This document shows positions 36,601 to 49,400 of a stretch of 64,000 nt of DNA, in pieces. Origin of the DNA: Macrostomum hystrix. Lineage: Eukaryota > Animalia > Platyhelminthes. The stretch is from positions 5,208,001-5,272,000 of the forward strand of contig CATNEN010000007.1 of the NCBI GenBank assembly GCA_950097015.1. The letters run 5' to 3'. Under the pieces are notes generated by a model that searched no databases, was not told where the DNA came from, and saw only the letters and a list, made by a program, of their open reading frames with translations. Position 1 is the stretch's first letter. Each line of letters begins with the position of its first letter. Position numbers and translations under genes: made by a program.

Positions 36601-39419
36601 CCTGTGCACTTCAGGCATCGGTCTTAACTTTAGCCTCTCCTTATCTGTGGCAGTTAAACCTCTTTGATCCTCGCTTAAATCTCCCACAGCCCTATCCCGC
36701 TCCCTATCCCGCTGCCGGACCAGAATGGGAAGAAGGAATGATATTGGGAAATTTAGAGAGACAGCCACGGGGGGCTCAGGGACTTCAGCATTCGCTCGCC
36801 CGCCCAGCACGCTTCCGGCCTCCTGCCTCCCTCCCTCGCCTCCTCCTCCTTATTATTCTTCTTCTGCTGACGCTGACTGCTTCTGAGCCGTCTTAATCTA
36901 GCAGCTCTTCTATATATTTCTTTCAGCCTGTGCGAAGCAGTTTCGGCAGCTTCTTAACACGGCCCCCTCAGCGCTCTCTGCCTCACCAGGACTGCCTTCA
37001 TTATACTAGTGAATAATTGAGCATTATTGGGCCACACTGAGCAATGCCATCTCTACTCAGCTGACTCCCCCACTCTCTCAGATCCCAACTTTCATCCTCT
37101 GCTCAGCTCTGCTCAGACTGTGCGAGCATCAATTTTTTTTAAATAGCTGCTTCCCCGCCTCATCCACCCGGCCCCCGCCTCCCCAGGCCTCTATTTCCTG
37201 AACGATAAGAGTAACTCCGAAATTTACCTCGCTCGGATGAGCTGCAAGAAACAGCCCTGGCGGAAGGCCCGGTAGGGGCGGAAGGCCCGGTAGGGGCGGA
37301 AGGCCCGGTAGGGGCGGAAGGCCCGGTAGGGGCGGAAGGCCCGGTAGGGGCGGAAGGCCCGGTAGGGGCGGAAGGCCCGGTAGGGGCGGAAGGCCCGGTA
37401 GGGGCGGAAGGCCCGGTAGGGGCGGAAGGCCCGGTAGGGGCGGAAGGCCCGGTAGGGGCGGAAGGCCCGGTAGGGGCGGAAGGCCCGGTAGGGGCGGAAG
37501 GCCCGGTAGGGGCGGAAGGCCCGGATGTCCTTTAGGCATCAGTATCCAAGGCATTTTTCAAATTGAAAGTAGCTGGGCTTGCATACAGAAATCAAAACTG
37601 ATCATCAAAACTGCCCTAACTTAAATTCCGTCCGGCTGTGTCCAACTTGCCCGCTAAATCTAGCCGGAGCCCCTGTTTATATCCACCAGGCTGGAAGGCT
37701 TTAGGCCAGTTGCAAAGCTTTTGGCCCTATTAATAAGCTATTTCCCTGCTGTTGTGTGCCAGACAGTCTGTGCTGCCAGCACCGAGCGCTTCCAGCCACA
37801 TGTGCACCCACCCCTCGCCAGCGCGTTTTACACACAAATTGAATCGATCAACAACAACACTTCATAGCGCCTGTCATTGTCAAGCTCACCTGCGATATAG
37901 ACAGAGAGAGCGGGCAGAGGCAGAGTATAAACAGCCCCCCTCGGCTGCAGGCTGATTGAACACAAATCCTTTAATCTATTCCACAGTTGCAGCCAGCCCA
38001 GCCGCTCCTTCTGCTTCGTTTGCCTGTTTTTCTCTCTCTTTTTAGATTTCTTCTCTCAAGTGCCGGCACGGTGGGTCTCAGATTTCTCTCAGGCAGACTT
38101 TACGGAGCTCGGCACGCCAGCCGGGAAGGGAGAGGAAGAGGGCGAGGGAAAAGGGAAAAGGGGAAAAACTGGGCTTTTTGTTAAGCAAAAAACGGCCACC
38201 GTACCGTTCTTCTGCTAGCCCTGGCGGCGCCAGTCCGCTGCGCGTTTGTTGGCAATTTAAGTTTGCTGGAGCATTTGGGAAGGGGTGGGGCATTGGGATA
38301 TTGCGAGACGGATGTTGGGAGGAACAATGCGCTTCAGTGAAAGGGACTGCAATTGTGTCGGCGGCTGCAGGAGGAGATCCGGAAGTTGGCTTGGCGCCTG
38401 GCTTCTTGGGTCCAAAAAATTGATTCTTTATTATGCGGAGTTCAATCAGTTGAGTGAAGTTTTTTTGCTGACAGTTATCATAGTGACTAATATTCAATTT
38501 ATTTAGAGGAGTGGCTTAACGATTCATTTCAGCCGTGGCTTTTTGTTCGCGACCCCACACTGCGAGGTTAGGGAAGGTGGTGGCGGGCTCAGGCCCAATG
38601 CTTCAAACTGCAGCGTTTTGATTCAGACAACAGGGATCTAGTTTTTTAATGAAAAAAGTGGGCTTGACTGGCAGACTTGTGATCTAGTGTCAAAAGGCAA
38701 GGCAAGGACAGCGCGACAGAGAGCTCTCAAGTGGGCAAACTCTGAAAATGCCGGAAATTTGGAACACCGGCTTCGGGTGACTGGCAGGTGGCGCGGATCC
38801 GAAATTGGTTTCGTTAAACAATCAGGAACCTCTAAGTCAGCGTGGCCAGTGCTGAAACAAATACTCGTAGTAGTCTATGAAAGACAACAACTACTAATTT
38901 TCAGAGATCTATTAAAAAACTACCATACTCACTTCATACCCAACTCACCTTGCACCCACCTCACTCCACATCCACTTCACTCCACACCTAACCAAATCAA
39001 AATCCACTTCACTCCACTTCTTACCAAATCCACATCCACACCAACTCCACACCCAGATCACTCTACACCGACCTCACTCCACACCACCTCACTCCACACC
39101 CACCTCACTCCGCACCCACCTCACACTACGCCCGCCCCACTCCTCGCGTACCCCACTCCACGCCCAACCACTCCACAGCGACACTAGTTTCATTTTCCTG
39201 TTCACCGCTTTTCCCAACTCCGCAGAGGAGATGGAGCTATCCGCCATGGACAGCGGCAACAGCAACAGCCTCGGCATTGGCATGGACGGTGGCAGCGTTG
39301 GCAGCGGCGGAAGCGTCGGCACCGTCGTACGCAGGACGGTCGTCTGCGACAGTCCCGACTCTGGCTACGCCACGCCGCCGAATTGTGTCGCAGCCTCCGC
39401 CGCCCCCACGGTGGCCTAG
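24334..39419 (+). CDS. MXD: Mad/MXD (Max-interacting) bHLH-ZIP transcriptional repressor, 349 aa
   Basis: Exons 24334-24463, 24576-24939, 26203-26320, 30595-30838 and 39226-39419 (1050 nt, phases consistent). N-terminal Sin3-interaction motif [12 protein letters not shown]. The b[48 protein letters not shown] is closer to Mad/Mxi1 than to Mnt, and a zipper follows it. The last exon is less certain but is phase-compatible and ends in a Mad-like DSGY motif. Confidence 0.88.
24981..25232. repeat. Higher-order repeat of GGTAGATCACTGACTAGG units (42-bp dimer, 84-bp tetramer)
   Basis: Spacers cycle regularly through GTGG, GC, ATGG, GC. Confidence 0.95.
29468..29900. repeat. 26-bp minisatellite grading from CTTTAGCTCTGATATCTACGGGGTGT to CTACAGCTGTGAGATCTATGGGTTGT
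   Basis: About 16 copies with progressive unit turnover. Confidence 0.95.
30118..30563. repeat. 25-bp minisatellite (CTACAGTCTCAGATCTATCGGGCAT)n
   Basis: About 18 near-perfect copies ending ~30 bp before the MXD zipper exon. Confidence 0.96.
37259..37524. repeat. 18-bp G-rich minisatellite (GGCGGAAGGCCCGGTAGG)n
   Basis: About 15 perfect copies in MXD intron 4. Confidence 0.97.
38930..39180. repeat. Degenerate C/A-rich repeat (CACCCACCTCACTCC)n
   Basis: Same motif as the array at 43060-43240. Confidence 0.75.
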
Positions 39420-40649
39420 GCGCTGGTTGAGCTGAATATCATAGAATAACCTATTATTCTGGTCCGCCTATGCAGTCATCCGGCTACGACCCGAAGGCGC
39501 ACAGGCGCAACTCAAGCGGCTGACTGTTATCTCCTCCTCTACTTTGCTTTAAATTGTTGGAACTGTTAGCTCTGTTGGCTCCAGCAGTGCTTGCACAAAA
39601 CACTCGATAGTACTGGCGCACTGATTTTAGTTTTTTTCATCTTTTTTTCTAAATAGAGCCTTAGGATTTGAAAAGGAGGCGTTTAGCTTTTTTTTAATAT
39701 CCTCCTTTTGTTAGTTTTTAGCCTGTTGAACAGTTTATAAGAATCTTATTTGAGCGAAGCTTTATTTGAGCACTGTTTTTATTTCTTGAGTCTGTTGTTT
39801 AGTGAATTTAAATGAATTTTAACTGTCGGCAACAAGAGTTCGAATATTGCAAATCTTATTTGGTCTCATTGTCCAGCCCCCGAGTTCCCCATCTATCGTG
39901 TTCCTTTTGTTTTGTTGTCCATTGTTCCAAAAAACTCATTCTGAATGCTGGTCTTTGCGGCTAACAGAACGGCAACTAAATCTGAGCGCATCGCAGCCCT
40001 CTGTTCCCTTTGTTATCAGTACTGCTCGCGCAATCACCACGAGAGAGCTTGCCGCACCCGGGTTTTCACGTCAACTCACCTCTTGCTGCCTCCGCTGCTG
40101 CTGCTGCTGCTGCCGCCACCGCCGCAGAGCCTACCTATTATTTTCTCTTAGCGATAAAGCCTGTTTACATTGGTTACCCGAGACACAGTCTGCAATTAGA
40201 ATAGGATCTACTGTGACAAAAATCTAATAATAAGGAAATATCAATAACCGGTAACCAAGGTAAACAGCCTGTTGCTAAGGACAAAGTAGAATTCCTCTCT
40301 GATCAGCGGAAAGTTCTGTTTTATTACTGACAAAATTTGTGAAATCTCACTATTAAACAGTTTTTTAACTTTCGCATATACTCTGCCATTATGTTCCTCA
40401 TTCTCGGCAATGCACTCAACTGTTCTTTTGGAGTTACATATATATTTTTCTAGCACTGTCTTTTCAAATTGTGCTTGCGTACCAAAAAGTCCCCATTAAG
40501 ACCATCCGTCATCGCTCTTTCTCTCGTCATGTCTTATAATCTGCATCGAACTTCATTCCATGACCCTTCTCACCAGACCAGCTCTTGCTCGCTCCCTGCC
40601 ATCTCTCATCCTTACTACCCCATCTGCATCCGCGTCTCTCTCCCGTCAC

Positions 40650-41212
40650 CCCCTGTCCACCCTATCTCCCTTGTCCACCCTATCTCCCCTGTCTACCCTA
40701 TCTCCCCTGTCCACCCAATATCTCATGTCTACCCTATCTCCCCTGTCTACCCTATCTCCCATGTCTACCCTATCTCCCCTGTCTACCCAATCTACCCCTG
40801 TCTACCCTGCCTCCCATGTCCACCCTATCTCCCCTGTCTACCCTATCTCCCCTGTCTACCCTATCTCCCATGTCTACCCTATCTCCCCTGTCTACCCAAT
40901 CTACCCCTGTCTACCCCTGCCTCCCATGTTTACCCTATCTCCCCTGTCCACCCAATATCTCATGTCTACCCTATCTCCCCTGTCTACCCTATCTCCCCTG
41001 TCTACCCAATCTCCCATGTCTACCCTATCTCCCATGTCTACCCTATCTCCCATGTCTACCCTATCTCCCATGTCTACCCTATCTCCCATGTCTACCCTAT
41101 CTCCCATGTCTACCCTATCTCCCATGTCTACCCTATCTCCCATGTCTACCTATCTCCCCTGTGTACCCTGTCTCCCATGTCCATCCTATCTCCCATGTCT
41201 ACTCTATCTCCC
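40650..41212. repeat. 18-bp minisatellite (CCCTATCTCCCMTGTCTA)n
   Basis: About 30 copies. Explains the ORFs at 40469, 40560 and 40585. Confidence 0.95.
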
Positions 41213-42143
41213 CAATCCGGCATGTGCACGTCTTTCATCCAGCACCAGCAGTTCTGTCTCCTGGCAAGCCCAAGCTGTGTAATCCTCTGTCTCCGGCTCT
41301 CTCGTGGCAACAATTCTTAGGCGGATCAATTGCTGCCCCCAGTCGTATCCGCCGCGCTGTCTCAGGTGTTAAAAAATTTAAGTATCGAAGCTGTAAAACT
41401 CCCCCCGGCCTTGCCTTCTCGCATTCGCAGCAACCTTATTATCTATGTCTATGTAGAACTGGCAACCGTGCGCGGAATTCGCTTCGGCGCGCCTCTTTTG
41501 TGAACTCTGAAAGCAAACTCCTAGAGCGATTCCGTGCCAATGCGGTGTTAGCCAAGCCGGAGCCTGTTTAGTGTGCGCAGATGCTAGCCCAGTCTCATTG
41601 TGTCTATTCTGTTTTGTTCCTTCTCGCAGGCCGGAGAGTGCAACACGCACTCATTGATTGACTTCCTCATTGTTAGTAGTTTGTTATCCCCGCCCCAGTT
41701 TTTTCCGCATCCCAAATGCTAATTAGCTGAGGTGTGTTCCGCGCCAGATCTGGGGTTGCTGCACTGCCACAGTTTCCATTGACATATTTTCTACTTGTGT
41801 TATTAGATGTGAACCGAGTAACAGTCATTATTACAGTGTAAGCTCTTAGCTGACCCGTACTGAATTCTGAGTAGCCCACTCATATTGCATACATACATTA
41901 TTTATACTATCAATAATTAATAAAACACATTGGCCCGCATTCAGCGTTGGCGGGCCGTGACAACTCGAAACTCTGACAGGCCTACGGTTTCAACGGTTTC
42001 ATTAATTTCAGTACAGTTGGCACCTGTCTTATCTTTAGTTCCAATTGTACTTTTAAAAAGGTCTTAACATTAAATACTAAAAATCCATTTTAAAATGGCA
42101 AGTTTTGCACTTTTACTCGATCTCAATTCTCCTTATAGCAGTA

Positions 42144-42306
42144 CCCCTGGGGAAGAACCACGGACCGCATAGCTCCCAAACCGAAGGATAAGTTCAGTAT
42201 AGTAAACAATGTATTCAGTACAATATTATAGCAGAAATATTGCCGTGGCTATAAGCCAAGCCATGGGTGTGGTCTTGCCCATAGACTACAAATCCTTACC
42301 CCAGAG
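42144..42306. mobile_element. Possible small MITE with imperfect TIRs
   Basis: TA|CCCCTGGGGAAGAA ... TCCTTACCCCAGAG|TA. The TA flanks are compatible with a Tc1/mariner TSD, but the TIR is imperfect. Confidence 0.35.
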
Positions 42307-43054
42307 TACAGTACATTCGTGAGGAGAGCAATTAAAGCATTCAATAAAAACACAGGTGTTTTCATGAGCCAAGATTGAGGCTCAGATTTAATTTAGCGTA
42401 AAAGTATCTGAGACGATTCCTTCACGCACATGAGAAAAATATATACCTACGAGTATATAGGTTGTTTTGCCACCAGACGCCCCGACGAAAATCGTTGAAT
42501 ATCTCGACGATGCCGATGTTTTGTGATTCTGGATGTTGTTTCATTTCCGGCATGAATTTCTCCCTTTATTCCTTATCCAATTCCAATTCCAATTCCAGAA
42601 TTCAACCGAAAAAAGCCGAAACTTATTAAAATTTGAATCTTAAACTTTGCCATTGAATTGTCTACTGCAAGTCGCGTGGTTTATCGAATGGCAAAGCAGT
42701 GACTCAGTATATTTATATTTGTTGCAAAATTAACATTCTGGTGATAGTAAAAATCTATACGAGCGAGAAAAGCAAAAATAATTTGCTAAAACTTTTGCAC
42801 TTCTCCGTCTTTGCATAAAGAATTTTACAGCATGAGTGAACAGAACCTTCTGAGTGAACAACGGGCTGAAGGAAGTGATTTAATCATTTTACTACGAGCG
42901 TATTAGTTTTTCTGCAAATACAGCACTTCGTGCGAAATCTGTTTCTACCTAAATCTACTCAAGATAAAAAAGCAGAAAGATCAATCGAATATATTTTATA
43001 TTTTTAATCGGCTCTGAGTCTATATAAAATGTCGCTTCACACAGCACCCAAACC

Positions 43055-43240
43055 CCACTCCACACCCACCTCACTCCGCACCCACCTCACTCCGCACCCA
43101 CCTCACTCCGCACCCACCTCACTCCGCACCCACCTCACTCCGCACCCACCTCACTCCGCACCCACCTCACTCCGCACCCACCTCACTCCGCACCCACCTA
43201 ACTACACACCCACCTTACTCCACACCCACCTCACTCTACA
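43055..43240. repeat. 16-bp minisatellite (CACCCACCTCACTCCG)n
   Basis: About 9 near-perfect copies, ~180 bp downstream of the Elk stop codon on the minus strand. Confidence 0.93.
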
Positions 43241-43418
43241 TCCACATCGTTCCAATTTAAGCTCCACACACCTCAGTCCATGCTCGCATTATCTTTCACC
43301 CATATTTGTAAACCACTGTTTAAAATTGAGGTGTCCACCGTATAGGACTGCTGCACCTTTTCTGAATTGATTCTTCGGCTGAAGTAAACCCCCAGAGTTT
43401 TCAAAGCCTCGACCTCTG

Positions 43419-46400
43419 TCACGAGCTGTCATCGCTATGTCCCCCAGCCTCTTCATCGTTACTATCATCGGCATGCTGGTGGTTAGTGGGTCGGCGCAAT
43501 GTCGGGGGACACTCCGTCATGATGGAAGAATCGCCGGGACGTACGAGGATGCGGCGTCGTCTGCAGCTGCCGCCGTCTCCGGCTGAGGGTGCCCGAGGCA
43601 GCGGAGAGTGCGGCCGATGTCCAAGAAGGTCGGCCAGGGTGCTCAGCCGGTCGGCCATGCAGGCCAGACTGACTTTTAGCTCTGTGACGTCCCCGCGAAG
43701 TCGCCGCAGCATCAGAAGATCGTCGGATGCGCAGTCGTCGTCTAATCGGCACCGATTCGGTGGAGGATTTTGCGGATTAGGCGGTGGATTAGGCGGATTC
43801 GGCAGATTTGGCGGATTTTGCGGATGGTAAGGCGCTCTTAATTGGGGCCGTAATGAAAAGGACGTTTGGCGAGTGACGCCAGCCGATGTGAGGTCCACTG
43901 CGGATTAAAAGGTAGATTTGTTAGGCAGCGCAATTGCATTTTATGATTATTCCGGAAGATTAGTTTTTGGTTCTATGAAATTTGTATATGGCCTGATCAA
44001 GCTGTATCACTAACGGCCTAATTAGCTATAGTCAACACATACTCCTTCTTGGGGGGTTTAAATCTCAAAAGAATAAGCAATTATAATTTTTTAATCAAGA
44101 GGTCGCTGATTGGCTAAAGCATTTTTCTCTCTTCCCCTTTGTACAGCATGCCCAAGTCCCATCTGCGCCGATTGGTTCGCGCCTATATCGTTCTTTCCAT
44201 TTGTGAGCTGGACCCCAACTCCGTCTGCGCTGATTGGCTTGGCAAGGGTTGGCAATTAAAAAGCAGCTAGAACAACGCACCAGTTGAGTTTCCCCTGCTG
44301 CCGCGCTTCAGAATTCCAACGAGAGGCGCCGGGGCTGTCAGCAGGGAGTGCGGCGGACCGGCAGGCTCTGCGCTGACGCAACCACTGCGAATTCTGACCG
44401 AACTGCAGCGTCTCTGCGGCTGCTGCGGGACCGCTGGCTGCTGCGGTAGATGTGCTAACAGCGGGCGGGTCTCCAGTTGGTCGACGGAGTCAGCGGCAGC
44501 GAGCGCTGGCGGTCTTGGGTTAAGCGAGGAGAGATTCAGGTAAAAGTCAGGATTCTTTGGAGTTGAACTCAACCGCTTCATGATTATTAAAGTTGTCTAA
44601 GACTATTCTCTGACACTTCTGAATAACCATTCTCTGACACTTCTGAATGACCATTCTCTGACACTTCTGAAAGACCAATTTCTGACACTTCTCAATGACC
44701 CTTCTCTGACACTCCTCAATGACCCTTCTCTCACTTCTGAATGACCATTCTCTTACACTTCTGAATGACCATTCTATGACACTTCTGAATGACCTCCTCT
44801 GACACTTCTCTATGATCGTTCTCTGGCACTTCCTATGATCATCCTTTAACACTTCTTTCCGATCATTACCTGAGACGTCTTTATTGTAGTTTATTTTTCT
44901 GACACCTCCATGATCATTGATTGTCTAACGCGTATATATTTTACGATCATCCTTGATTACTTGATCTCAGTGATCTCTGTGATCAAAAGTGCGTGGCCTG
45001 TTCCTTGGAAATTATTATTAATCATAAAGTACATCTATGATCATCATGCAATAGAAGGTCAGGTCAGAGGAAATGTGCATCAAAGTCAGTCCAAAAAATA
45101 TTATTTTAGCTCAAGTTCAAAACACAGAGTGTGATGTGTGAATGCAATCAGTACTCTAATAACATGGTGTTATCAGCAATCAATAGTGATAGTAAATTTG
45201 AAATATACTAAATAGTTGGCATAAGTTAGGCTAGAGTTTCATGCTCGCCTGACACTACAGAAAATATGAAAATAATGTAATAGCATCGCTGCATGGACTT
45301 GTGAGTCGATATCCAATTTTAGGTTAATAATAAAATCACCGATTTTTATGAAACTTAATGCCTTTATTATTTTTGGAATAAATAAATAATTTGGGTTAAG
45401 AAAAAACTGGCAAAAATGAGAAAAGATAAACTGCCTGGAAGTAAATAAAGCTAAACGTGCCCGAAAGCTTGCCGATTCTCTGGTCACAATACCTAAGCAA
45501 GCAGGGAGTGTTTCCTAAAATTATGAATATACCTCCCACACAGAGCTGCCATCAGCGCATTGCTGCTACTGTTGCTGCTGCTGCCGCCTCTCCCAGGCAT
45601 CCTCAACTTGGAGGTTGCAAGCCAGTTCCGCAGCGAGGAGTGCCGGCCTGTTCGGGGCCTTCCATTATTTATTGGATGGAGTTTTTTCATATTGCAATAC
45701 TGCTCCCAGAAAACTCACGCAAAATCACAGTTTCTTCTTAAAAATTCTCTCCACAATCTGCCCACCCTTAAAACTACTCGATGATTTCTGGAGCCTCGTT
45801 GACATCCACAAAAAAATTTGCCCGTTGAAATCCACCCCAAAATCCTCTGCCCTTCGTTAACACCCACCCCAAAATTATCTGCCCCCGTTAACACCTACCC
45901 CATAATTCTCTGCCCTCCGTTAACACCCACCCCATAATTATCTGCCCCCGTTAACACCCACCCCAAAATTATCTGCCCCCGTTAACACCTACCCCATAAT
46001 TCTCTGCCCTCCGTTAACACCCACCCCATAATTATCTGCCCCCGTTAACACCCACGCCATAATTCTCTGCCCTCCGTTAAAATCCACACCAAAATTCTCT
46101 ACAACGCTGACGGCCACCCCACTCGCAATCTCACCTCAAACACCCACCTCAACAGCTATCCTCAGACTTTGCTCACCTCAGCGTTGCTCCAACATTGCCG
46201 CCAGTCCCAGACAGTCTGCAATCGTCTTTGTCGCTATTGGTTGTTGATGCTGTCAGTCCTTGACCTGCAGCCGCTGTCGCCGCTGTTGACGCTGTTGCCG
46301 CTGTCGCCACTGAGTTTCTATTTTTTTCATTCTGATCCTGATTCTGATCTTCCTCATCGTCTTCCTTCTCCTCGCCAATGACTGGCAGAGTGACTGCTGG

Positions 46401-49400
46401 CATCACCATGCCATGCTGCCTGTGGAACTCTTCCTCTTCCTTTTCAAGGTCAAAGAAGGTGGTAGAAATATTTTAGTAGGTGTGAATGCAACTGCTTTGA
46501 GTGCGTTACGCGTAGACTACATTTCATTTACATTCACCTCAATATCGCTGCCCTCCCGCATATTATAGGTGAGGTCCTGCAGCAGGTCGACTTTGAATTT
46601 CTCATGATACTCCGGGTACTGTTGCAGCAGCTGGATGAGACCGCGCAGCTCCACGCACTGCAGGTCGCAGTAGGTCAACGATCTAACATCGCACATGGAG
46701 CGCATTAGGCCGTCCGGGTTCTTGATGTCTGTGCCGAAGAGGTCCCCTTTGCCTGCCGGAGGGGTCCCGAGAGGCTCTGTTGTGAACGGACTCAGGAGTG
46801 CATCGTGAGACATAGGAATCCAAAAGCCATGTTAGAAAAAACGCTCAGAGAGAAAACAGAACGCTCAGAGAGTGAACAGATGCTGAGAGAGTGAACAGAA
46901 CGCTCATAGAGTGAACAGAACGCTCATACAGTGAACAGAACGCTCATACAGTGAACAGAACGCTCCTACAGTGAACAGAACGCTCATACAGTGAACAGAA
47001 CGCTCATACAGTGAACAGAACGCTCATACAGTGAACAGAACGCTCCTACAGTGAACAGAACGCTCATACAGTGAACAGAACGCTCATACAGTGAACAGTA
47101 CGCTCAGACGGTAAACAAAACGCTTAGAGAGTAAACAGAACGCTTAGAGAGGGAACAGTACGCTCAGAGAGGGAACAGTACGCTCAGAGAGGGAACAGTA
47201 CGCTCAGAGAGTGAACAGTGCGCTCAGACAGTAAACAAAACGCTCAGAGAGTAAACAGAACGCTCATACAGTGAACAGAACGCTCATACAGTGAACAGAA
47301 CGCTCAGAGAGGGAATAGAATGCTCAGAGAGGGAACAGTACGCTCAGAGAGGGAACACGCTCATACAGTGAACAGAACGCTCATACAGTGAACAGAACGC
47401 TCATACAGTGAACAGAACGCCCATACAGTGAACAGAACGCTCATACAGTGAACAGAACGCTCATAAAGTGAACAGAACGCTCATACAGTGAACAGAACGC
47501 TCATACAGTGAACAGAACGCTCATACAGTGAACAGAACGCTTAGAGAGGGAACAGTACGCTTAGAGAGTGAACAGTACGCTCAGACAGTAAACAAAACGC
47601 TTAGAGAGTAAACAGAACGCTTAGAGAGGGAACAGTACGCTCAGACAGTAAACAAAACGCTTAGAGAGTAAACAGAACGCTTAGAGAGGGAACAGAGGGA
47701 ACTCACCCAGGATGGCGACCACCATGTTGTCCTTGAGTATTTCCATCGAGCCATTAACCACGTAATAGATGTACTTCAGAACGTCCCCAGAGTGCACAAT
47801 GTACTCTTCTGGCCGGCAGAACACGGTGAGGATCTGCTGTGCGATGGCCTTCAGGCAGCCCTGGCTGGCTGACTCGAAGATCGGCAGAGACAGGATCTCC
47901 CGGTTCAGGTGGAGGGCGATGTCGCCACGCAGCTCATCAGGGAAATCTTTCATGATCTGCGGTGAGCGCGGGGATTCCCCATCAAATCCAAGGTCGTCTG
48001 GAAATTACTCGCAGCTCCAATTGGAATATTTTGTAAAATTGCTCACCTCAGTAGGGTTGATGCCCCTGTTGATGGACCACATGGCCTGAAAGAACTCCTG
48101 CATTCTTCGTTTCAGATGCTTCGGAATGTGATGCGTCCTGGTGAAGTCCTTCAGCTCCTGCGTCTTGGCGGTGTAGGCCGCCCGCTTGGCGTACATCTTC
48201 TGGATGAGGGCCGTCACGTTTCCAAATACGGCCGCGTGCATCAGCGCTGCGGGCCGGTTGGTTCCGATACATCACGTGACCGGCTCAATCATGAGCTATT
48301 TTTTTCGATTCATAATCGAGACATCGAATAGCGGTTTGACACCTCTGCCTCTCGCACCAAGGTTCCTAAGCTCGATTAAGCTGCGAGGCCACATTTTCTT
48401 GGAACGAAAGAGAAGGCTTGGGGGCTTGTCGTGGAATTTGCGCCCTTGAGGGCCAACCCCCAAGGAACTGTGAGTGTACACTGGCTGCCTGACAATCGAA
48501 AATTAACAGGGTAGATATAAACCACTGTGTGGGAGTGTGCTCAGGCGGAAATGCCTCCTTGCTGGCTGCGGGTCACCAAATGCTGAGCTAGTGCCCACAG
48601 AACTCCTGCAAGTCTTGATTTTATATGATTATACTCATTGCATCCTACTAACAGTAGGATGCATCCTACTACGGAGCGAGCGCAGTTAGATTTCCATCTG
48701 AAGCGGATTCTAATTAAAGGTCTCGTTAAGTGAATTTAATGTAAAATCGATTGGAAAAAATGTCCTGTTAGTATTTTTCGCAGGACCTTGCCCAGACCCC
48801 ACCCACAGTCGAGACCCACAGGGAACCGGGAAATCCCATTTGGCCTTGAAATGACCCACAGAGAACCGGGAAATTCCATTTGGCCTTGAAATTACCCACA
48901 GAGAACCGAAAAATTCCAATCCTTGAAAACTGCTCAAAATGCCATAGACCAATCAATTGACCAAGAGAGACTTTTAGTCCAAAATAACAGGGACTCCCCT
49001 TACCGCCTATGAGCATGATGCAAATGCTAAAAATCTTCTCGTGGTCTGTGTTGGCTGACACATTGCCAAATCCAATGCTGGTTAGGCTGCTGCACGTGTA
49101 GTACAGGGCGGTGATGTAGCGCGAGGACTTCGGCGGGCCGCCCTCTGAGCAGGTACCGCTGACATTTCCTGGCTGGTCTTCGTCAACGAAAGAGCATTGA
49201 AAGTTGAACGGCGCCCTCATATCGTCGCTGAGCTTTGAAATCCAACCTGTAGATTGGATAAGTAAATAGTGCCATACTATTTTTTACATTTTTGTTCTTT
49301 TAAGATCCCGATCCCAGATCCCGATCCCAGATCCCGATCCCAGATCCCGATCCCAGATCCCGATCCCAGATCCCGATCCCAGATCCCGATCCCAGATCCC

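Noticed and set aside
37129-37554. (PPLPGL)n ORF resembling a formin FH1 region
   Set aside because: The DNA units are perfectly identical with no codon wobble, and no FH2 exons lie nearby.
40469-41571. ORFs of 240-328 aa (PYLPCL / VYPISH repeats)
   Set aside because: Open in all three frames only because of an 18-bp minisatellite; no domain is present.
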